From contig JAFDHG010000014.1 of assembly GCA_019308925.1 (NCBI GenBank), positions 1 through 60,854 on the forward strand: a DNA stretch of 60,854 nucleotides, read 5' to 3'. The translations under genes were made by a program, and so were the position numbers. Positions 19,518 to 30,346 of this stretch are shown in pieces. The notes under the pieces were generated by a model that was given only the letters and a program-made list of their open reading frames with translations, had not been told where the DNA came from and ran no database searches. This stretch comes from Deltaproteobacteria bacterium. GTDB lineage: Bacteria; Desulfobacterota; B13-G15; RBG-16-54-18. Within the stretch, counting starts at the first letter, position 1, and each line of letters starts with the position of its first letter.

Positions 19518-19997
19518 TCAACCCCTCTTCACCCCCAACTCCCGATAGAGATTTGCCATCTCAATGGCTGACAGGGCTGCGTCCCACCCCTTGTTGCCCG
19601 CCTTAGTGCCCGCGCGTTCTATGGCCTGTTCTATCGTATCGGCTGTGATCACCCCAAAGGAGATGGGGATAGGGCCCTGAAGTGAAAGTTGAGCTATACC
19701 CTTGGTCACCTCGGCACTGATATAGTTGAAATGGGGGGTAGCCCCCCTGATCACCGCCCCCAGGCAAATGATGGCGTCATATCTATCTTTTTCCACCAGA
19801 TGCCTGACCACCGAAGGTATCTCAAAAGACCCAGGGGTCCGGAATATCTCTATATCGTCCTCTTGAGCCCCGTTTCTCCTGAGGGCATCCAATGCCCCCT
19901 CTAATAGCCTATCAGTGATAAAGCTATTAAAACGCCCCACCACAATCCCAAAGCGGAAACCCTCTGCCGTCAACCTACCTTCTACTATCTTCGCCAT
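19518..19997 (-). CDS. ribH: 6,7-dimethyl-8-ribityllumazine synthase
   Basis: [34 protein letters not shown]. Confidence 0.97.
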   Translation of the reverse strand: MAKIVEGRLTAEGFRFGIVVGRFNSFITDRLLEGALDALRRNGAQEDDIEIFRTPGSFEIPSVVRHLVEKDRYDAIICLGAVIRGATPHFNYISAEVTKGIAQLSLQGPIPISFGVITADTIEQAIERAGTKAGNKGWDAALSAIEMANLYRELGVKRG

Positions 19998-19998
19998 A

Positions 19999-21207
19999 TC
20001 ACGCTCCCTCTATCTTCAAGACATGACCCATCTTCTTCTGCTTTGTCTTTAAGTAGCTGATGTTTTCACGGCGGGGGCTGACCTCAATGGGCACACTCTC
20101 CACTACCTCTATCCCATAACCCTCCAGCCCTATGACCTTTTTCGGATTGTTGGTCATGAGGCGAACCCTATGCAGCCCCAAATCGACTAAGATCTGGGCC
20201 CCGATCCCGTAATCCCTCAAGTCCGCCTTGAATCCCAACTCCTCATTGGCCTCCACGGTGTCCCTACCCAGTTCTTGGAGGCAGTAGGCCTTGAGCTTGT
20301 TGACCAAGCCGACCCCACGCCCCTCTTGGCGCATGTAGACAAGAACCCCTTTGCCCTCCTGGGCGATCATCCTCATGGCGGCGTGCAATTGCTCCCCACA
20401 GTCACAGCGCAATGAGCCAAAGACATCCCCGGTCAGACATTCGGAATGGACCCGCACCAAGACCTCATCCTCAGGGCCGATCTCCCCCTTCACCAGGGCT
20501 AGGTGATGGTGGGGGTCCACATCGTTCTCATAGAGGATCCCTATGAACTCTCCTCCATACTTGGTAGGGAGGGTGACGGTGGTCACCCTTCTCACCAAGG
20601 ACTCCTTTTGCAACCGATACTTGATGAGATCGGCGATGGTCACGATCTTCAGCCCATGCCTCTTGGCAAATACCTCCAGATCGGGCATCCTGGCCATGGT
20701 GCCATCTTCTTTCATGATCTCGCAGATCACCCCGGCAGGTTTGAGACCGGCTAGGCGGGCCAAATCCACCGAGCCCTCGGTTTGACCTGTCCTCACCAAC
20801 ACCCCCCCCTTCCTTGCCCTCAGGGGGAAGACATGACCTGGCCGAACCAAGTCCTCCGGTTTGGCGTCGTCGGCAATGACCGTCAGGATCGTGGACGCTC
20901 GATCGGCAGCCGAGATCCCCGTGGTCACCCCTCTTCTGGCATCGACTGAAACGGTGAAGGCCGTACCAAAGGTGGAGGTATTCTCATTTACCATCATGGC
21001 GAGTTTTAACTTCTGCACCTGTTCCTCGGTCAGAGAGAGGCATATCAGCCCCCGCCCATATTTTGCCATGAAGTTGATGGCCTCGGGGGTGATCTTCTCG
21101 GCCGCAATGGTCAAATCCCCCTCATTCTCTCTGTCCTCGTCGTCCACAAGGATGACCATCCTTCCCGCCTTGATGTCCTCTATGGCCTGCTCAATGGTGC
21201 TAACCAT
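19999..21207 (-). CDS. ribBA: Bifunctional DHBP synthase / GTP cyclohydrolase II
   Basis: [41 protein letters not shown]. Confidence 0.97.
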   Translation of the reverse strand: MVSTIEQAIEDIKAGRMVILVDDEDRENEGDLTIAAEKITPEAINFMAKYGRGLICLSLTEEQVQKLKLAMMVNENTSTFGTAFTVSVDARRGVTTGISAADRASTILTVIADDAKPEDLVRPGHVFPLRARKGGVLVRTGQTEGSVDLARLAGLKPAGVICEIMKEDGTMARMPDLEVFAKRHGLKIVTIADLIKYRLQKESLVRRVTTVTLPTKYGGEFIGILYENDVDPHHHLALVKGEIGPEDEVLVRVHSECLTGDVFGSLRCDCGEQLHAAMRMIAQEGKGVLVYMRQEGRGVGLVNKLKAYCLQELGRDTVEANEELGFKADLRDYGIGAQILVDLGLHRVRLMTNNPKKVIGLEGYGIEVVESVPIEVSPRRENISYLKTKQKKMGHVLKIEGA

Positions 21208-21213
21208 CTTTCT

Positions 21214-21858
21214 CTATCCCTCCTGTGGCAAAAACCCGTGTTCGGCAAGGAATCCCATATCTATCCCTTCTCCCTTTTCTAAAAACCTCTTCACGTATTT
21301 TCCGACGATATCGACCTCTACGTTCACCCAATCTCCCACCCTCTTCTCCCCAAGAGTGGTGTTCAGAGCAGTATAGGGTATAATGGTCACATGAAATTCG
21401 TCCCCTCGAGTGCCCATTATGGTGAGGCTAACCCCCTCCACCGCCACTGAACCCTTCTCCACGAGATAACAGGATGCCTCTGGGGAAACCCTGATGGTCA
21501 TCACCATGGAACCCGACCTCCTGATGACCTCACCTACATATCCCTTTCCGTCTACATGGCCTGTTACCAGATGTCCTCCCAGACGGTCGCTGAGGCGTAG
21601 GGCCCGTTCCAAGTTGACCTTGCCGTTGGGCCTGAGAGATCCTAAATTTGTCCTCTGCAGGGTCTCCGGAGAAACCTCCACCTGAAAATCCCCATCCCCC
21701 CCCTCGATCACCGTCAAACAGGCCCCATTGACGCAAATACTATCACCTATTGCCATATCTGTCAACGCAACCGTGGGGGCGATGGTCAAACGTATCAGTT
21801 CCTCACTCCGCTGTATCTTCGTCACCCTCCCCATACCCTCAACTATCCCGGTGAACAC
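21214..21858 (-). CDS. ribE: Riboflavin synthase (alpha chain)
   Basis: [37 protein letters not shown]. Confidence 0.96.
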   Translation of the reverse strand: MFTGIVEGMGRVTKIQRSEELIRLTIAPTVALTDMAIGDSICVNGACLTVIEGGDGDFQVEVSPETLQRTNLGSLRPNGKVNLERALRLSDRLGGHLVTGHVDGKGYVGEVIRRSGSMVMTIRVSPEASCYLVEKGSVAVEGVSLTIMGTRGDEFHVTIIPYTALNTTLGEKRVGDWVNVEVDIVGKYVKRFLEKGEGIDMGFLAEHGFLPQEG

Positions 21859-22321
21859 CCCTGCGCTCCCTCCTCTCGAGAAGCCCCTTTAGCTCCTTCA
21901 TAAATTGATTGATATCCTTAAACTGGCGATATACCGAGGCAAATCTGACATAAGCAACCTCATCAAGCTCTTGCAATTCCTCCATGACCCTTTCCCCGAT
22001 CTCGCTGGAGGCGATCTCTCTCCCCCCCCTTTCCTGAACCCACCTCTCTATCCGCTCCACCACCTTCTCCAAGATGTCCATGCTCACAGGCCTCTTCTCA
22101 CAGGCCTTCCTCAGACCGATCATGATCTTCTCTCTGTTAAAGGGCTCCCGACGCCCATCTCTCTTCACCGCCAAGGGAAGGACTTCAGCCACTCGTTCAT
22201 AGGTAGTGAACCTTCTGTTGCAGTCAGTGCAGAGACGACGCCGACGTATCTCATCCCTTTCCTTGCTCAAGCGGCTATCGATCACCCGATTACGCAGACT
22301 GGAACAATAAGGACACCTCAT
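21839..22321 (-). CDS. nrdR: Transcriptional repressor NrdR
   Basis: MRCPYC, VIDSR, RRRRLC, RFTTYE, ATP-cone, VAYVRFASVY. Confidence 0.97.
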   Translation of the reverse strand: MRCPYCSSLRNRVIDSRLSKERDEIRRRRLCTDCNRRFTTYERVAEVLPLAVKRDGRREPFNREKIMIGLRKACEKRPVSMDILEKVVERIERWVQERGGREIASSEIGERVMEELQELDEVAYVRFASVYRQFKDINQFMKELKGLLERRERRGVHRDS

Positions 22322-22771
22322 CTATCCCCCTTTAAACTTCTCTATGACCACCTTTGATTCCTCCCACAACTGACGGGCCAGGGGATCGGCATATCCCTGT
22401 TCATAGACGACCCTTGTGATCCCGGCGTTGATGATCATCTTGGTGCAGATAATGCAAGGAAGATTGGTACAATAAAGGGTGGCCCCCTTGATGGATACCC
22501 CATGATATGCGGCCTGGATGATGGCATTTTGCTCGGCATGCAACCCTCGACAAAGCTCGTGTCTCTGCCCCGAGGGTATTCCCAATTTATCCCGCAGGCA
22601 TCCCACATCCAGACAGTGGGCCAAACCAGAGGGGGCACCGTTGTAACCAGTGGTCAAGATCTTTTTGTCCTTTACTATGACCGCCCCCACTTGCCGCCTG
22701 AGACAGGTTGACCTGCTGGCCACCAGCCGGGTGATCTCCATAAAGTACTCATCCCAGCTTGGACGTGCCAT
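22322..22771 (-). CDS. Deoxycytidylate deaminase-family protein
   Basis: [37 protein letters not shown]. Confidence 0.92.
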   Translation of the reverse strand: MARPSWDEYFMEITRLVASRSTCLRRQVGAVIVKDKKILTTGYNGAPSGLAHCLDVGCLRDKLGIPSGQRHELCRGLHAEQNAIIQAAYHGVSIKGATLYCTNLPCIICTKMIINAGITRVVYEQGYADPLARQLWEESKVVIEKFKGG

Positions 22772-24037
22772 CTAATCCTTAGGGAGTCTATCCCGGTAAA
22801 AGGGAAACCTCCGGCAGAGCTCTTCTGCCTGCTGGGCCACGCGGGTCTGCACTTGGGGGTCTGGATAGCTGTCAAGGACCTCGGCGACAAGGGAGGCGAT
22901 CTGGATCATCTCATCTTCCTTCATCCCCCGAGTGGTCACAATAGGGGTGCCGATCCGGATCCCACTGGTGACCATGGGGCCCCTTTGGTCATAGGGGATT
23001 ACATTTTTGTTCACAGTGATTCCCGCTCTCTCCAGGGCCTCTTCCGCCTCCTTCCCAGTAATCCCCTTGTTGGTCAAATCGAGAAGAAAGAGATGGTTAT
23101 CCGTACCCCCAGAGACAATCCTAAAACCATATCCTTTCATCTCCTCAGCCAAGACCTGGACGTTTCGTATTACCTGCCTCTGATAGGCCTTAAACTCCTC
23201 GGTCATGGCCTCTCTAAAACAGACCCCTTTGGCGGCGATCACATGCATAAGGGGACCCCCCTGCAGCCCAGGAAAGACACTTTTATCGATGAGGTCACCA
23301 AACTCTTCCTGGCAAAGGATAAAGCCGCCTCGAGGACCTCGCAGGGTCTTATGGGTGGTAGAGGTCATAAAGTGGGCATGGGGGACCGGAGTGGGGTGAA
23401 CCCCAGCTGCGATCAACCCTGCAATGTGGGCCATGTCCGCCGTCAAGTATGCCCCTACCTCATCGGCGATCTCCCGAAAGCGCCGGAAGTCGATGGTTCG
23501 GGAGTATGAACTGGCCCCGCTGATGATCATTTTCGGCCTGACCTCTTTGGCCAAGGAGAGGATCTCGTCGTAGTCTATACACTCCGTCTCCCGCGATACA
23601 CCGTACAAGACCGCCTTATACATCTTGCCCGAAAAGTTGACGGAGAACCCATGGCTCAGATGCCCCCCGTGAGAGAGGTCCATCCCCAGGATGGTATCAC
23701 CGGGGCGCAGGACGGCGAAATATACCCCCATATTGGCCGCTGTACCAGAGAGGGGTTGGACATTGGCATGGTCAGCACCAAAGAGTTCCTTAGCCCGTTG
23801 GATGGTTAGCTTCTCCACCACGTCTACATATTCACAACCCCCATAATATCTCCTATCGGGATAGCCCTCGGCATACTTGTTGGTGAGAATACCCCCCTGT
23901 GCCTCCAGGACCGCCTCGCTGGTGTAATTCTCCGAGGCGATCAGGACGATCTTGTTCTCCTCACGCAGGGTCTCTTTCTCGATGGCGTCCGCCATCTTCG
24001 GGTCAACTTCTCTCAGGCTGGATTTAAGATACGTCAA
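22772..24037 (-). CDS. glyA: Serine hydroxymethyltransferase
   Basis: [41 protein letters not shown]. Confidence 0.98.
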   Translation of the reverse strand: MTYLKSSLREVDPKMADAIEKETLREENKIVLIASENYTSEAVLEAQGGILTNKYAEGYPDRRYYGGCEYVDVVEKLTIQRAKELFGADHANVQPLSGTAANMGVYFAVLRPGDTILGMDLSHGGHLSHGFSVNFSGKMYKAVLYGVSRETECIDYDEILSLAKEVRPKMIISGASSYSRTIDFRRFREIADEVGAYLTADMAHIAGLIAAGVHPTPVPHAHFMTSTTHKTLRGPRGGFILCQEEFGDLIDKSVFPGLQGGPLMHVIAAKGVCFREAMTEEFKAYQRQVIRNVQVLAEEMKGYGFRIVSGGTDNHLFLLDLTNKGITGKEAEEALERAGITVNKNVIPYDQRGPMVTSGIRIGTPIVTTRGMKEDEMIQIASLVAEVLDSYPDPQVQTRVAQQAEELCRRFPFYRDRLPKD

Positions 24038-24486
24038 CTCTTGAAGTTTCTCCTCTCTATCTCCTCAATCTTCCTCAACCTGGGCAGGTGTCTCCCCTCC
24101 TGAAACTCGGTCTCCAACCATGTCTTGACCATCTCTCGGGCCAGACCGGAACCCACAATCCTCCCCCCCATTACCAAGATATTGGCGTCGTTGTGCTCCT
24201 TCGCCATGCGGGCGGCATAGATGTGGTGGACGAGGGCTGCCCTCACCCCTGGAAATTTGTTGGCGACGATGCTCATGCCGATACCTGTGCCGCAGACGAG
24301 GACTCCCCCCTCTACCTCACCGGCCGAGACCCTCTGGGCCACCTCTTGCCCCTGGTCTGGATAGTCCACCGACCCTTCTCCAAAACTCCCCAGATCCTCT
24401 ACCTCGTGCCCCAGTTCCCTTAAGAAGATCACCAGATCTTCTTTGAGGTGAAACCCTCCATGATCGCATGCCACCGCTATTCGCAT
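24034..24486 (-). CDS. rpiB: Ribose 5-phosphate isomerase B
   Basis: [36 protein letters not shown] at 24486 preferred. Confidence 0.95.
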   Translation of the reverse strand: MRIAVACDHGGFHLKEDLVIFLRELGHEVEDLGSFGEGSVDYPDQGQEVAQRVSAGEVEGGVLVCGTGIGMSIVANKFPGVRAALVHHIYAARMAKEHNDANILVMGGRIVGSGLAREMVKTWLETEFQEGRHLPRLRKIEEIERRNFKS

Positions 24487-24494
24487 CTCAACCC

Positions 24495-25730
24495 TCAAAC
24501 CCCCTGGAAGACCAAAACGGCGTTGGTCCCCCCAAAACCGAAGGAGTTGGAGACAACCACCTTTGCATCCTTCTCCCTTGCCACATTGGGGACATAGTCC
24601 AGATCGCAGCGGGGGTCGGGGTTCTCATAGTTGATGGTGGGGGGAATAACCCCATCCCTAATGGTGAGGACGGAGAAGATGGCCTCGGCACTTCCCGCAG
24701 CCCCTAGGAGATGACCGGTCATCGATTTAGTAGAGCTGACCGGGAGCTTATAGGCATAATCCCCAAAGACCATCTTGATTGCCATCGTCTCGGATAGGTC
24801 GTTGAGCTCTGTGGAGGTCCCATGGGCATTGATGTAGTCGACCTCTTCCGGGGAGATCCTCGCATCCTCCAAGGCTATCTGCATACACCTAGCTGCCCCA
24901 TCTCCATCAGGATCAGGGGCCGCCAAGTGATAGGCATCACCGTTACACCCGTAGCCAATGATCTCGGCACAGATCCTTGCTCCCCTCCTTCGGGCATGCT
25001 CCCACTCCTCCAAGACCGTGATGGCGGCACCCTCCCCCATCACAAAGCCATCCCTGTCCCTATCAAAGGGGCGGCTGGCCCGCTCCGGCTCGTCGTTCCT
25101 GGTAGAAATGGCCTTCATGGCGTTAAACCCCGCCACGGCCAAGGGGGTTATGGTGGCCTCCACCCCCCCAGCGATGATTGCATCGGCATCGCCATATTGG
25201 ATGCGTCGGAAGGCATCACCGATGGAATGGGCCCCGGTGGCGCAGGCCGTTACCACACATAAATTGGGGCCCTTGGCACCATGACGGATGGCGATCTGAG
25301 CTGAGGCCTCATTGGCGATAAGCATGGGTATAAAAAAGGGGGTAATCCTCTGCGGCCCCCTCTCCAAAAGGACCTTATGGTACTTCTCGATGGTGGTCAG
25401 CCCCCCTAGACCAGCGCCCACAATGACCCCAATCCTCTCAGGGTTCTCCTCAGTGATCTCCAGGCCTGAATCATCCAGGGCAATGCGCGTCGCTGCCAGG
25501 GCATAATGGATAAATATGTCCATCTTCTTGATCTCCTTCGGCTCGATAAAGTCCTCGGGCCTGAAGCCCTTGACCTCAGCGGCGATCTTGGTCTCGAAGC
25601 CTGTAGTATCAAACTTCGTTATGGGGCCGACCCCGGAGACCCCTTGACATATCTTGTTCCAGACAGGATCGATCCCGATCCCCTGGGGGAGAACAAGGCC
25701 AACCCCCGTAACTGCCACCCTCCTTTTCAA
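24495..25730 (-). CDS. fabF: Beta-ketoacyl-ACP synthase II
   Basis: [37 protein letters not shown]. Confidence 0.97.
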   Translation of the reverse strand: MKRRVAVTGVGLVLPQGIGIDPVWNKICQGVSGVGPITKFDTTGFETKIAAEVKGFRPEDFIEPKEIKKMDIFIHYALAATRIALDDSGLEITEENPERIGVIVGAGLGGLTTIEKYHKVLLERGPQRITPFFIPMLIANEASAQIAIRHGAKGPNLCVVTACATGAHSIGDAFRRIQYGDADAIIAGGVEATITPLAVAGFNAMKAISTRNDEPERASRPFDRDRDGFVMGEGAAITVLEEWEHARRRGARICAEIIGYGCNGDAYHLAAPDPDGDGAARCMQIALEDARISPEEVDYINAHGTSTELNDLSETMAIKMVFGDYAYKLPVSSTKSMTGHLLGAAGSAEAIFSVLTIRDGVIPPTINYENPDPRCDLDYVPNVAREKDAKVVVSNSFGFGGTNAVLVFQGV

Positions 25731-25820
25731 GCTACCACCTCAATCTTTTCATGCCTCCCCTCATAAGAGCTCGGCTACAGGGAAAAACCTTCTCCGAAGG
25801 CTTTAAAGGGGATAGACGTT

Positions 25821-25851
25821 AAAAGGAGAGGGAAACATCTCCCCCTCCTTT
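25821..25851 (-). terminator. Intrinsic terminator-like hairpin after acpP
   Basis: Minus strand GGAGGGGGA-GATG-TTTCCCTCTCC-TTTT immediately after the acpP stop. Confidence 0.65.
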
Positions 25852-26082
25852 TTAAATGCGCTCCTGAATGTACTTCATGGCATCGCCGACAGTCATTATC
25901 TTCTCGGCATCCTCATCGGATATCTCTATCCCATACTCGTCCTCCAGGGCCATCACCAGCTCTACCAAGTCCAAGGAATCTGCACCTAGGTCGTCTACGA
26001 ACTTCGCCTCGGGAACTACCTCGCTCCCGCTGACCCCCAACTGTTGAACGATCAGCTCTTTTACCCTTTCCTCCAAAGACAT
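25852..26082 (-). CDS. acpP: Acyl carrier protein
   Basis: [18 protein letters not shown] (phosphopantetheine Ser). Confidence 0.98.
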   Translation of the reverse strand: MSLEERVKELIVQQLGVSGSEVVPEAKFVDDLGADSLDLVELVMALEDEYGIEISDEDAEKIMTVGDAMKYIQERI

Positions 26083-26105
26083 CTAAGTCTCACCTCCTTA
26101 TCTGA

Positions 26106-27080
26106 TTAGTTTTTCCTTCTCTCCTGCCTCTCAGCTAAAGGCCGTTTTGAAAGGTCCTTCAATTCCTCCAGGCTCACCAAGTCCCCCAGACGGAGGATCT
26201 CTTTTCTCCCATCTATGCGGCGCATCAAACCCGAAAGCACCCTGCCCGGCCCTATCTCTACAAATCTCTCTACCCCCCACCCTATCATCTTGCATATCGA
26301 CTCCTCCCACCTCACCGGATTGCTCACCTGCCTAACCAGAAGATCCCGCACCCTATCCTTAGAAAGGTTCGCCTCGGCCTCCACATTGGTCACCACCGGG
26401 ACCTTCAACTCCTTGACCTCTATCTTGGCCAACTGCGCCCCCAGCTTTTGACCAGCGCACTCCATCAAGGGGGAATGAAAGGGGGCGCTCACCTGAAGGA
26501 GGACGGCCTTCTTTGCCCCCATCTCCTTCGCCAAGACGATCCCTCTCTCGATGGCCTTTATATGTCCGGAGACCACTATTTGGCCGGGTGAGTTAAAATT
26601 GGCGGGGGTGAGGACTTCCCCCTGCGCTGCCCTCTGACAGATCTCCTCCACCTGTTCCCTGTCCAGACCTAAGACCGCCGCCATCCCCCCTGCCCCCACC
26701 GGGACCGCCTCTTGCATAAGCCTCCCCCTCAGTCTAACCATCCTGACGGCATCACGAAAACTCATCGCCTCGGCCGCCACCAAGGCGGTGAACTCCCCGA
26801 GGCTATGTCCAGCAAGATAATCGGCCTCCCACCCCAACTCCTCCCTCAGAACCCTTAAGGCGGCGATACTCACAGTCAGGATGGAAGGCTGGGTGTTGGC
26901 CGTCAACCTCAGCTCTTCCTCTGGACCTTGAAAACAGAGACTCTGGAGGCCAAATCCCAGGGCCTCGTTGGCCTCGGTAAAGGTTTCTCTGGCAACAGCA
27001 AAATTCTCATATAGTTCCTTTCCCATCCCCACATATTGAGAACCTTGCCCCGGGAAGATAAAGGCCGTCTTACCCATCAC
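26106..27080 (-). CDS. fabD: Malonyl-CoA:ACP transacylase
   Basis: FPGQGSQ, AGHSLGE, SAPFHS, NPVRW. Confidence 0.96.
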   Translation of the reverse strand: MMGKTAFIFPGQGSQYVGMGKELYENFAVARETFTEANEALGFGLQSLCFQGPEEELRLTANTQPSILTVSIAALRVLREELGWEADYLAGHSLGEFTALVAAEAMSFRDAVRMVRLRGRLMQEAVPVGAGGMAAVLGLDREQVEEICQRAAQGEVLTPANFNSPGQIVVSGHIKAIERGIVLAKEMGAKKAVLLQVSAPFHSPLMECAGQKLGAQLAKIEVKELKVPVVTNVEAEANLSKDRVRDLLVRQVSNPVRWEESICKMIGWGVERFVEIGPGRVLSGLMRRIDGRKEILRLGDLVSLEELKDLSKRPLAERQERRKN

Positions 27081-28249
27081 CTCCTCCTGCTGGCGAACTC
27101 CTTGATGAGCTCCAAGGCGATGTTGTTGCGCTGTATCTGGTTGGTCCCCTCATAGATCTGGAGGATCTTGGCATCCCTCATCATCTTCTCAACAGGAAAA
27201 TCCCTCACGTACCCATATCCCCCCAAGACCTGAACGGCGTCTATGGCCACCTTCATGGCCATATCGCTGGGGAAGAGCTTGGCCATGGCCGCCTCCTTAC
27301 TGTATCTTTTTGGATGGCTATCCATGTACCTGGCCACGGTATAGACCAAGGCGCGGGCCGCCTCTATTTGGGTGGCCATATCTGCCAATATATGTTGCAC
27401 AGCCTGAAAAGAGATGATCTTCTGTCCAAACTGGACCCTCTCTCGGGCATATCTGGTCGCCGTCTCAAAGGCCCCTTGGGCAAGCCCCACTGCCTGCGCA
27501 CCGATCCCTGGGCGGGTCAGATCAAAGGTCCTCAGGATAATGATAAGTCCGATCCCCTCTCTTGCACCGATGAGGTTCTCTTTGGGGACCCAACAGTCCT
27601 CAAAGACCAACTCCCTGGTGGCCGAGGCCCGAATCCCGAGCTTGCGCTCCTTCTTGCCGAAGGAAAACCCAGGGGTTCCCTTTTCAACGATAAAACTGCT
27701 GATCCCTCTCGGCCCCCTCTTCTTATCGGTGACAGCAAAGACCGGGTAGATCTCTGCCTCACCCCCGTTGGTTATCCATTGTTTGGTCCCATTCAGGACA
27801 TACCCATCCCCATCTCTTGCCGCCACGGTTTGCAACGCGGCCACGTCGCTCCCGGCATTGGCCTCGGTGGCGGCAAAGGCGGCCAGCTTCCTCCCGCTGG
27901 CAATCTCGGGAAGATACTTGTGCTTCTGCTCCTCAGTACCGTAGAGCAAAATGGGATAGGCCCCCAATCCACTCCCTGCAAAGCTGACCGATACCCCTAT
28001 GCAGGCCCTGCTCAACTCCTCCACCACCAAGCAATTATCGAACACTCCCCCTCCAAAACCACCATATTCCTCAGGGATAAAGACCCCGAAGAGCCCTGCC
28101 TCCGCACAGGCGCGCATGACCTCCCAAGGAAACTCCTCTTTCTCATCCAACTCCGCCCGCACCGGCATCACCTTCTCCTCGGCTATCCTCCGGGCTAGAT
28201 CCCTGAGCATCTTCTGGTCTTCGGTCAAAAAATAGTCCACCTCTCGCAC
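27077..28249 (-). CDS. Acyl-CoA dehydrogenase
   Basis: TEANAGSD, LNGTKQWITNG, KLGIRAS, RVQFGQ, RDAKILQIYEGTNQIQR. Confidence 0.94.
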   Translation of the reverse strand: MREVDYFLTEDQKMLRDLARRIAEEKVMPVRAELDEKEEFPWEVMRACAEAGLFGVFIPEEYGGFGGGVFDNCLVVEELSRACIGVSVSFAGSGLGAYPILLYGTEEQKHKYLPEIASGRKLAAFAATEANAGSDVAALQTVAARDGDGYVLNGTKQWITNGGEAEIYPVFAVTDKKRGPRGISSFIVEKGTPGFSFGKKERKLGIRASATRELVFEDCWVPKENLIGAREGIGLIIILRTFDLTRPGIGAQAVGLAQGAFETATRYARERVQFGQKIISFQAVQHILADMATQIEAARALVYTVARYMDSHPKRYSKEAAMAKLFPSDMAMKVAIDAVQVLGGYGYVRDFPVEKMMRDAKILQIYEGTNQIQRNNIALELIKEFASRRR

Positions 28250-28270
28250 CCCCTAAAGACGGGCATAGCC

Positions 28271-28318
28271 CGTCACTCTGGGGACAAAGCCCCCAGACCC
28301 CAATAAGGAAAATACCTT
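28271..28318 (-). repeat. Short copy of the GGGGG/CCCCC hairpin + GAAAATAC repeat family
   Basis: Minus strand GTATTTTC...TCTGGGGG-CTTTG-TCCCCAGAGTGAC; compare TCAGGGGG-CTTG-CCCCCTGAAGTG near 33637. Confidence 0.6.
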
Positions 28319-28332
28319 TAGGTCGTCATATT

Positions 28333-29406
28333 TCAGTGTATCATCTTCTCCTTTATCCGCTCCCATATCTTAGAGGCAGCCCTTTCTCCAAACCTTTTCA
28401 GGTCTTGACTGTCGCGCAGGGCCTCGATCAAAAGCTGGTTGATATCCCTGCGCACATACTCGGAGGCGGCCCGAATGGCGTTCTTGATGGCCTTGGGGGA
28501 AGAGTGCCCATGACAGATAAAACAGGTCCCATTGATGCCCAACAACGGAACGCCCCCATATTCGGAGTAATCGACTCGGCGCTTGAAGTTTTGCAAGGCC
28601 CCCCTCATAAAAAGATAACCTATCCTGGCCCAAGGGCTTTTGCGGATCTCTGTCCTCAACATCGCACCGAAGGACTCTGCAATCCCCTCACTGCTCTTCA
28701 AGGCCACATTGCCAGCAAAGCCATCACATACGATCACATCGGCCGTGCCGCTGTAGATATCCCTCCCCTCTACATATCCAATATAGTTCAATCCGCTATT
28801 CTTCAGGATGGCGTGGACCCTCTTGGTGAGCTCATTCCCCTTGCTGTCCTCTGTGCCGTTGCTCAAGAGGCCCACCCGAGGGTGGGCCTTGGCCGAGATG
28901 AAACGGGCGTACATCTCGCCCATGATGGCAAACTGTACCAGGTGGATGGGCTTACAGTCCACATTCCCCCCTGCATCTATCAGGACTGAAACACCAATGA
29001 GGGTCGGGTGAATGCTGGCCAGCGCTGGTCGTTCCACCCCCTCCAACTTCTTTAGTTTCAACATGCTGGTGGCCATGGCCGCCCCGGAGTTGCCTGCTGT
29101 TACCACCGCATCGCTCTTTCCAGCCTTCATCAGGTCCACCGCTACACTGATAGATGAATCCCTCTTGGCTCGTAAGGCCCTTACTGGCGACTCATGCATC
29201 TCCACTGCTTGAGACGTATGCACGATAGTCACCTTTGCCCCATCCCAGCGGTACTTGGCCAGCTCCGACTCCACCCGTTCCTGGTCCCCAACGAGGATCA
29301 CTTCCCCCAGGTTCAGCTCCTTCGCCGCCAACACTGCCCCTTGTACAATGACCTCCGGGGCATTGTCGCCTCCCATGGCATCCACCGCAATCTTCATCGG
29401 CTTCAT
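28333..29406 (-). CDS. plsX: Phosphate acyltransferase PlsX
   Basis: IAVDAMGGDNAP, AGNSGA, ERPAL, DVIVCDGF.GNV.LK, GHS. Confidence 0.96.
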   Translation of the reverse strand: MKPMKIAVDAMGGDNAPEVIVQGAVLAAKELNLGEVILVGDQERVESELAKYRWDGAKVTIVHTSQAVEMHESPVRALRAKRDSSISVAVDLMKAGKSDAVVTAGNSGAAMATSMLKLKKLEGVERPALASIHPTLIGVSVLIDAGGNVDCKPIHLVQFAIMGEMYARFISAKAHPRVGLLSNGTEDSKGNELTKRVHAILKNSGLNYIGYVEGRDIYSGTADVIVCDGFAGNVALKSSEGIAESFGAMLRTEIRKSPWARIGYLFMRGALQNFKRRVDYSEYGGVPLLGINGTCFICHGHSSPKAIKNAIRAASEYVRRDINQLLIEALRDSQDLKRFGERAASKIWERIKEKMIH

Positions 29407-29430
29407 CCCTCATTAACTCAAGAGGTGGGA

Positions 29431-29613
29431 TTAAACCTCCTCCACCTCCACGATCTCCTTCCCTTTGTAAGTACCGCAATGGGGACAAACGCGATGGGGC
29501 AGCTTTGGCTCATGACATTGAGGACAGAGCGAGAGGTTGAAGGGGGTTAATTTCTTATGAGACCTCCTCCTATCTCGCCTCGCTTTGGAACTCCTTCTCT
29601 TAGGAAGGGCCAT
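29431..29613 (-). CDS. rpmF: 50S ribosomal protein L32
   Basis: MALPKRRSSKARRDRRR, CPQC, HRVCPHCG.Y. Confidence 0.96.
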   Translation of the reverse strand: MALPKRRSSKARRDRRRSHKKLTPFNLSLCPQCHEPKLPHRVCPHCGTYKGKEIVEVEEV

Positions 29614-30164
29614 TATTTGCTCCCTTGGGGAAGATTTGGTATGAGGCCTTTTAAAACAGCGAACCTGGGATCTATATAACCCCGATCACACCCGCATTCT
29701 CCGAGATTAAGATCTGCCCCACATATGCTACACAACCCCTTACACCCGTCATGACAGAGGGGCTTCATAGGGATGTTAAGCCATATCTGTTCCTCTATGA
29801 TATCCCTTACCTCCAGCTCCCCCTCGGGCAGAAAACTTACGCCCATTTCTTCAGGAGCAAGCTCCTTCTCTTCCTCCCTGGGGGCATATTTGATGAGGAG
29901 AAAGAATGCCTCAAACTCCGAGACGATGGGGAGGACAAATTCCTTCAGACACCGAGCACAGTGTACACATACCGCTGTCTCTATACGCCCCTTGGCCTCG
30001 ATGCCCTTGGGGGTACGACGGAGAAAAAGGTTCCCCTTCACTGCCGAGGCCAACCTTGTCTTCTTCTCCTCTTCTCCATGAGGACCTTGCAGGCAAAAAG
30101 GGAGGAGTTCATCTAGAGATACCTCCCTTCCTTCTGGGGGGATGTCTTCCCATCTAAGTTTCAT
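29613..30164 (-). CDS. YceD/DUF177 family protein
   Basis: CARCL, PMKPLC..CKGLC..CG.DLN, DPRF..L; upstream of rpmF. Confidence 0.92.
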   Translation of the reverse strand: MKLRWEDIPPEGREVSLDELLPFCLQGPHGEEEKKTRLASAVKGNLFLRRTPKGIEAKGRIETAVCVHCARCLKEFVLPIVSEFEAFFLLIKYAPREEEKELAPEEMGVSFLPEGELEVRDIIEEQIWLNIPMKPLCHDGCKGLCSICGADLNLGECGCDRGYIDPRFAVLKGLIPNLPQGSK

Positions 30165-30238
30165 CTGATTATCTTGAGCTCCCGTTATTTAAATCTTTCG
30201 TCAGCAAGATTTGCATAATCCTTGAATTTAAAATCATT

Positions 30239-30266
30239 AGTATATATTTCTTCTCTCTTTTGTCAA
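30239..30266 (-). promoter_or_regulatory. Sigma70-type promoter for yceD-rpmF-plsX
   Basis: TTGACA-16 bp-TATACT on the minus strand. Confidence 0.65.
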
Positions 30267-30346
30267 GGCCAAAAATTTGACATTTCCGGAGGGTGATTGT
30301 TCCAAGTCCTCAGCTGCGGTAACGAGTTTATGTCCCCCTCTTCAAC

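Noticed and set aside
30192-30215. GCAAA...GACGAAAG hairpin in the yceD leader resembling a c-di-GMP-I riboswitch
   Set aside because: Only a 7-bp stem (AAATCTT/AAGATTT); the second stem and tetraloop-receptor architecture are missing.
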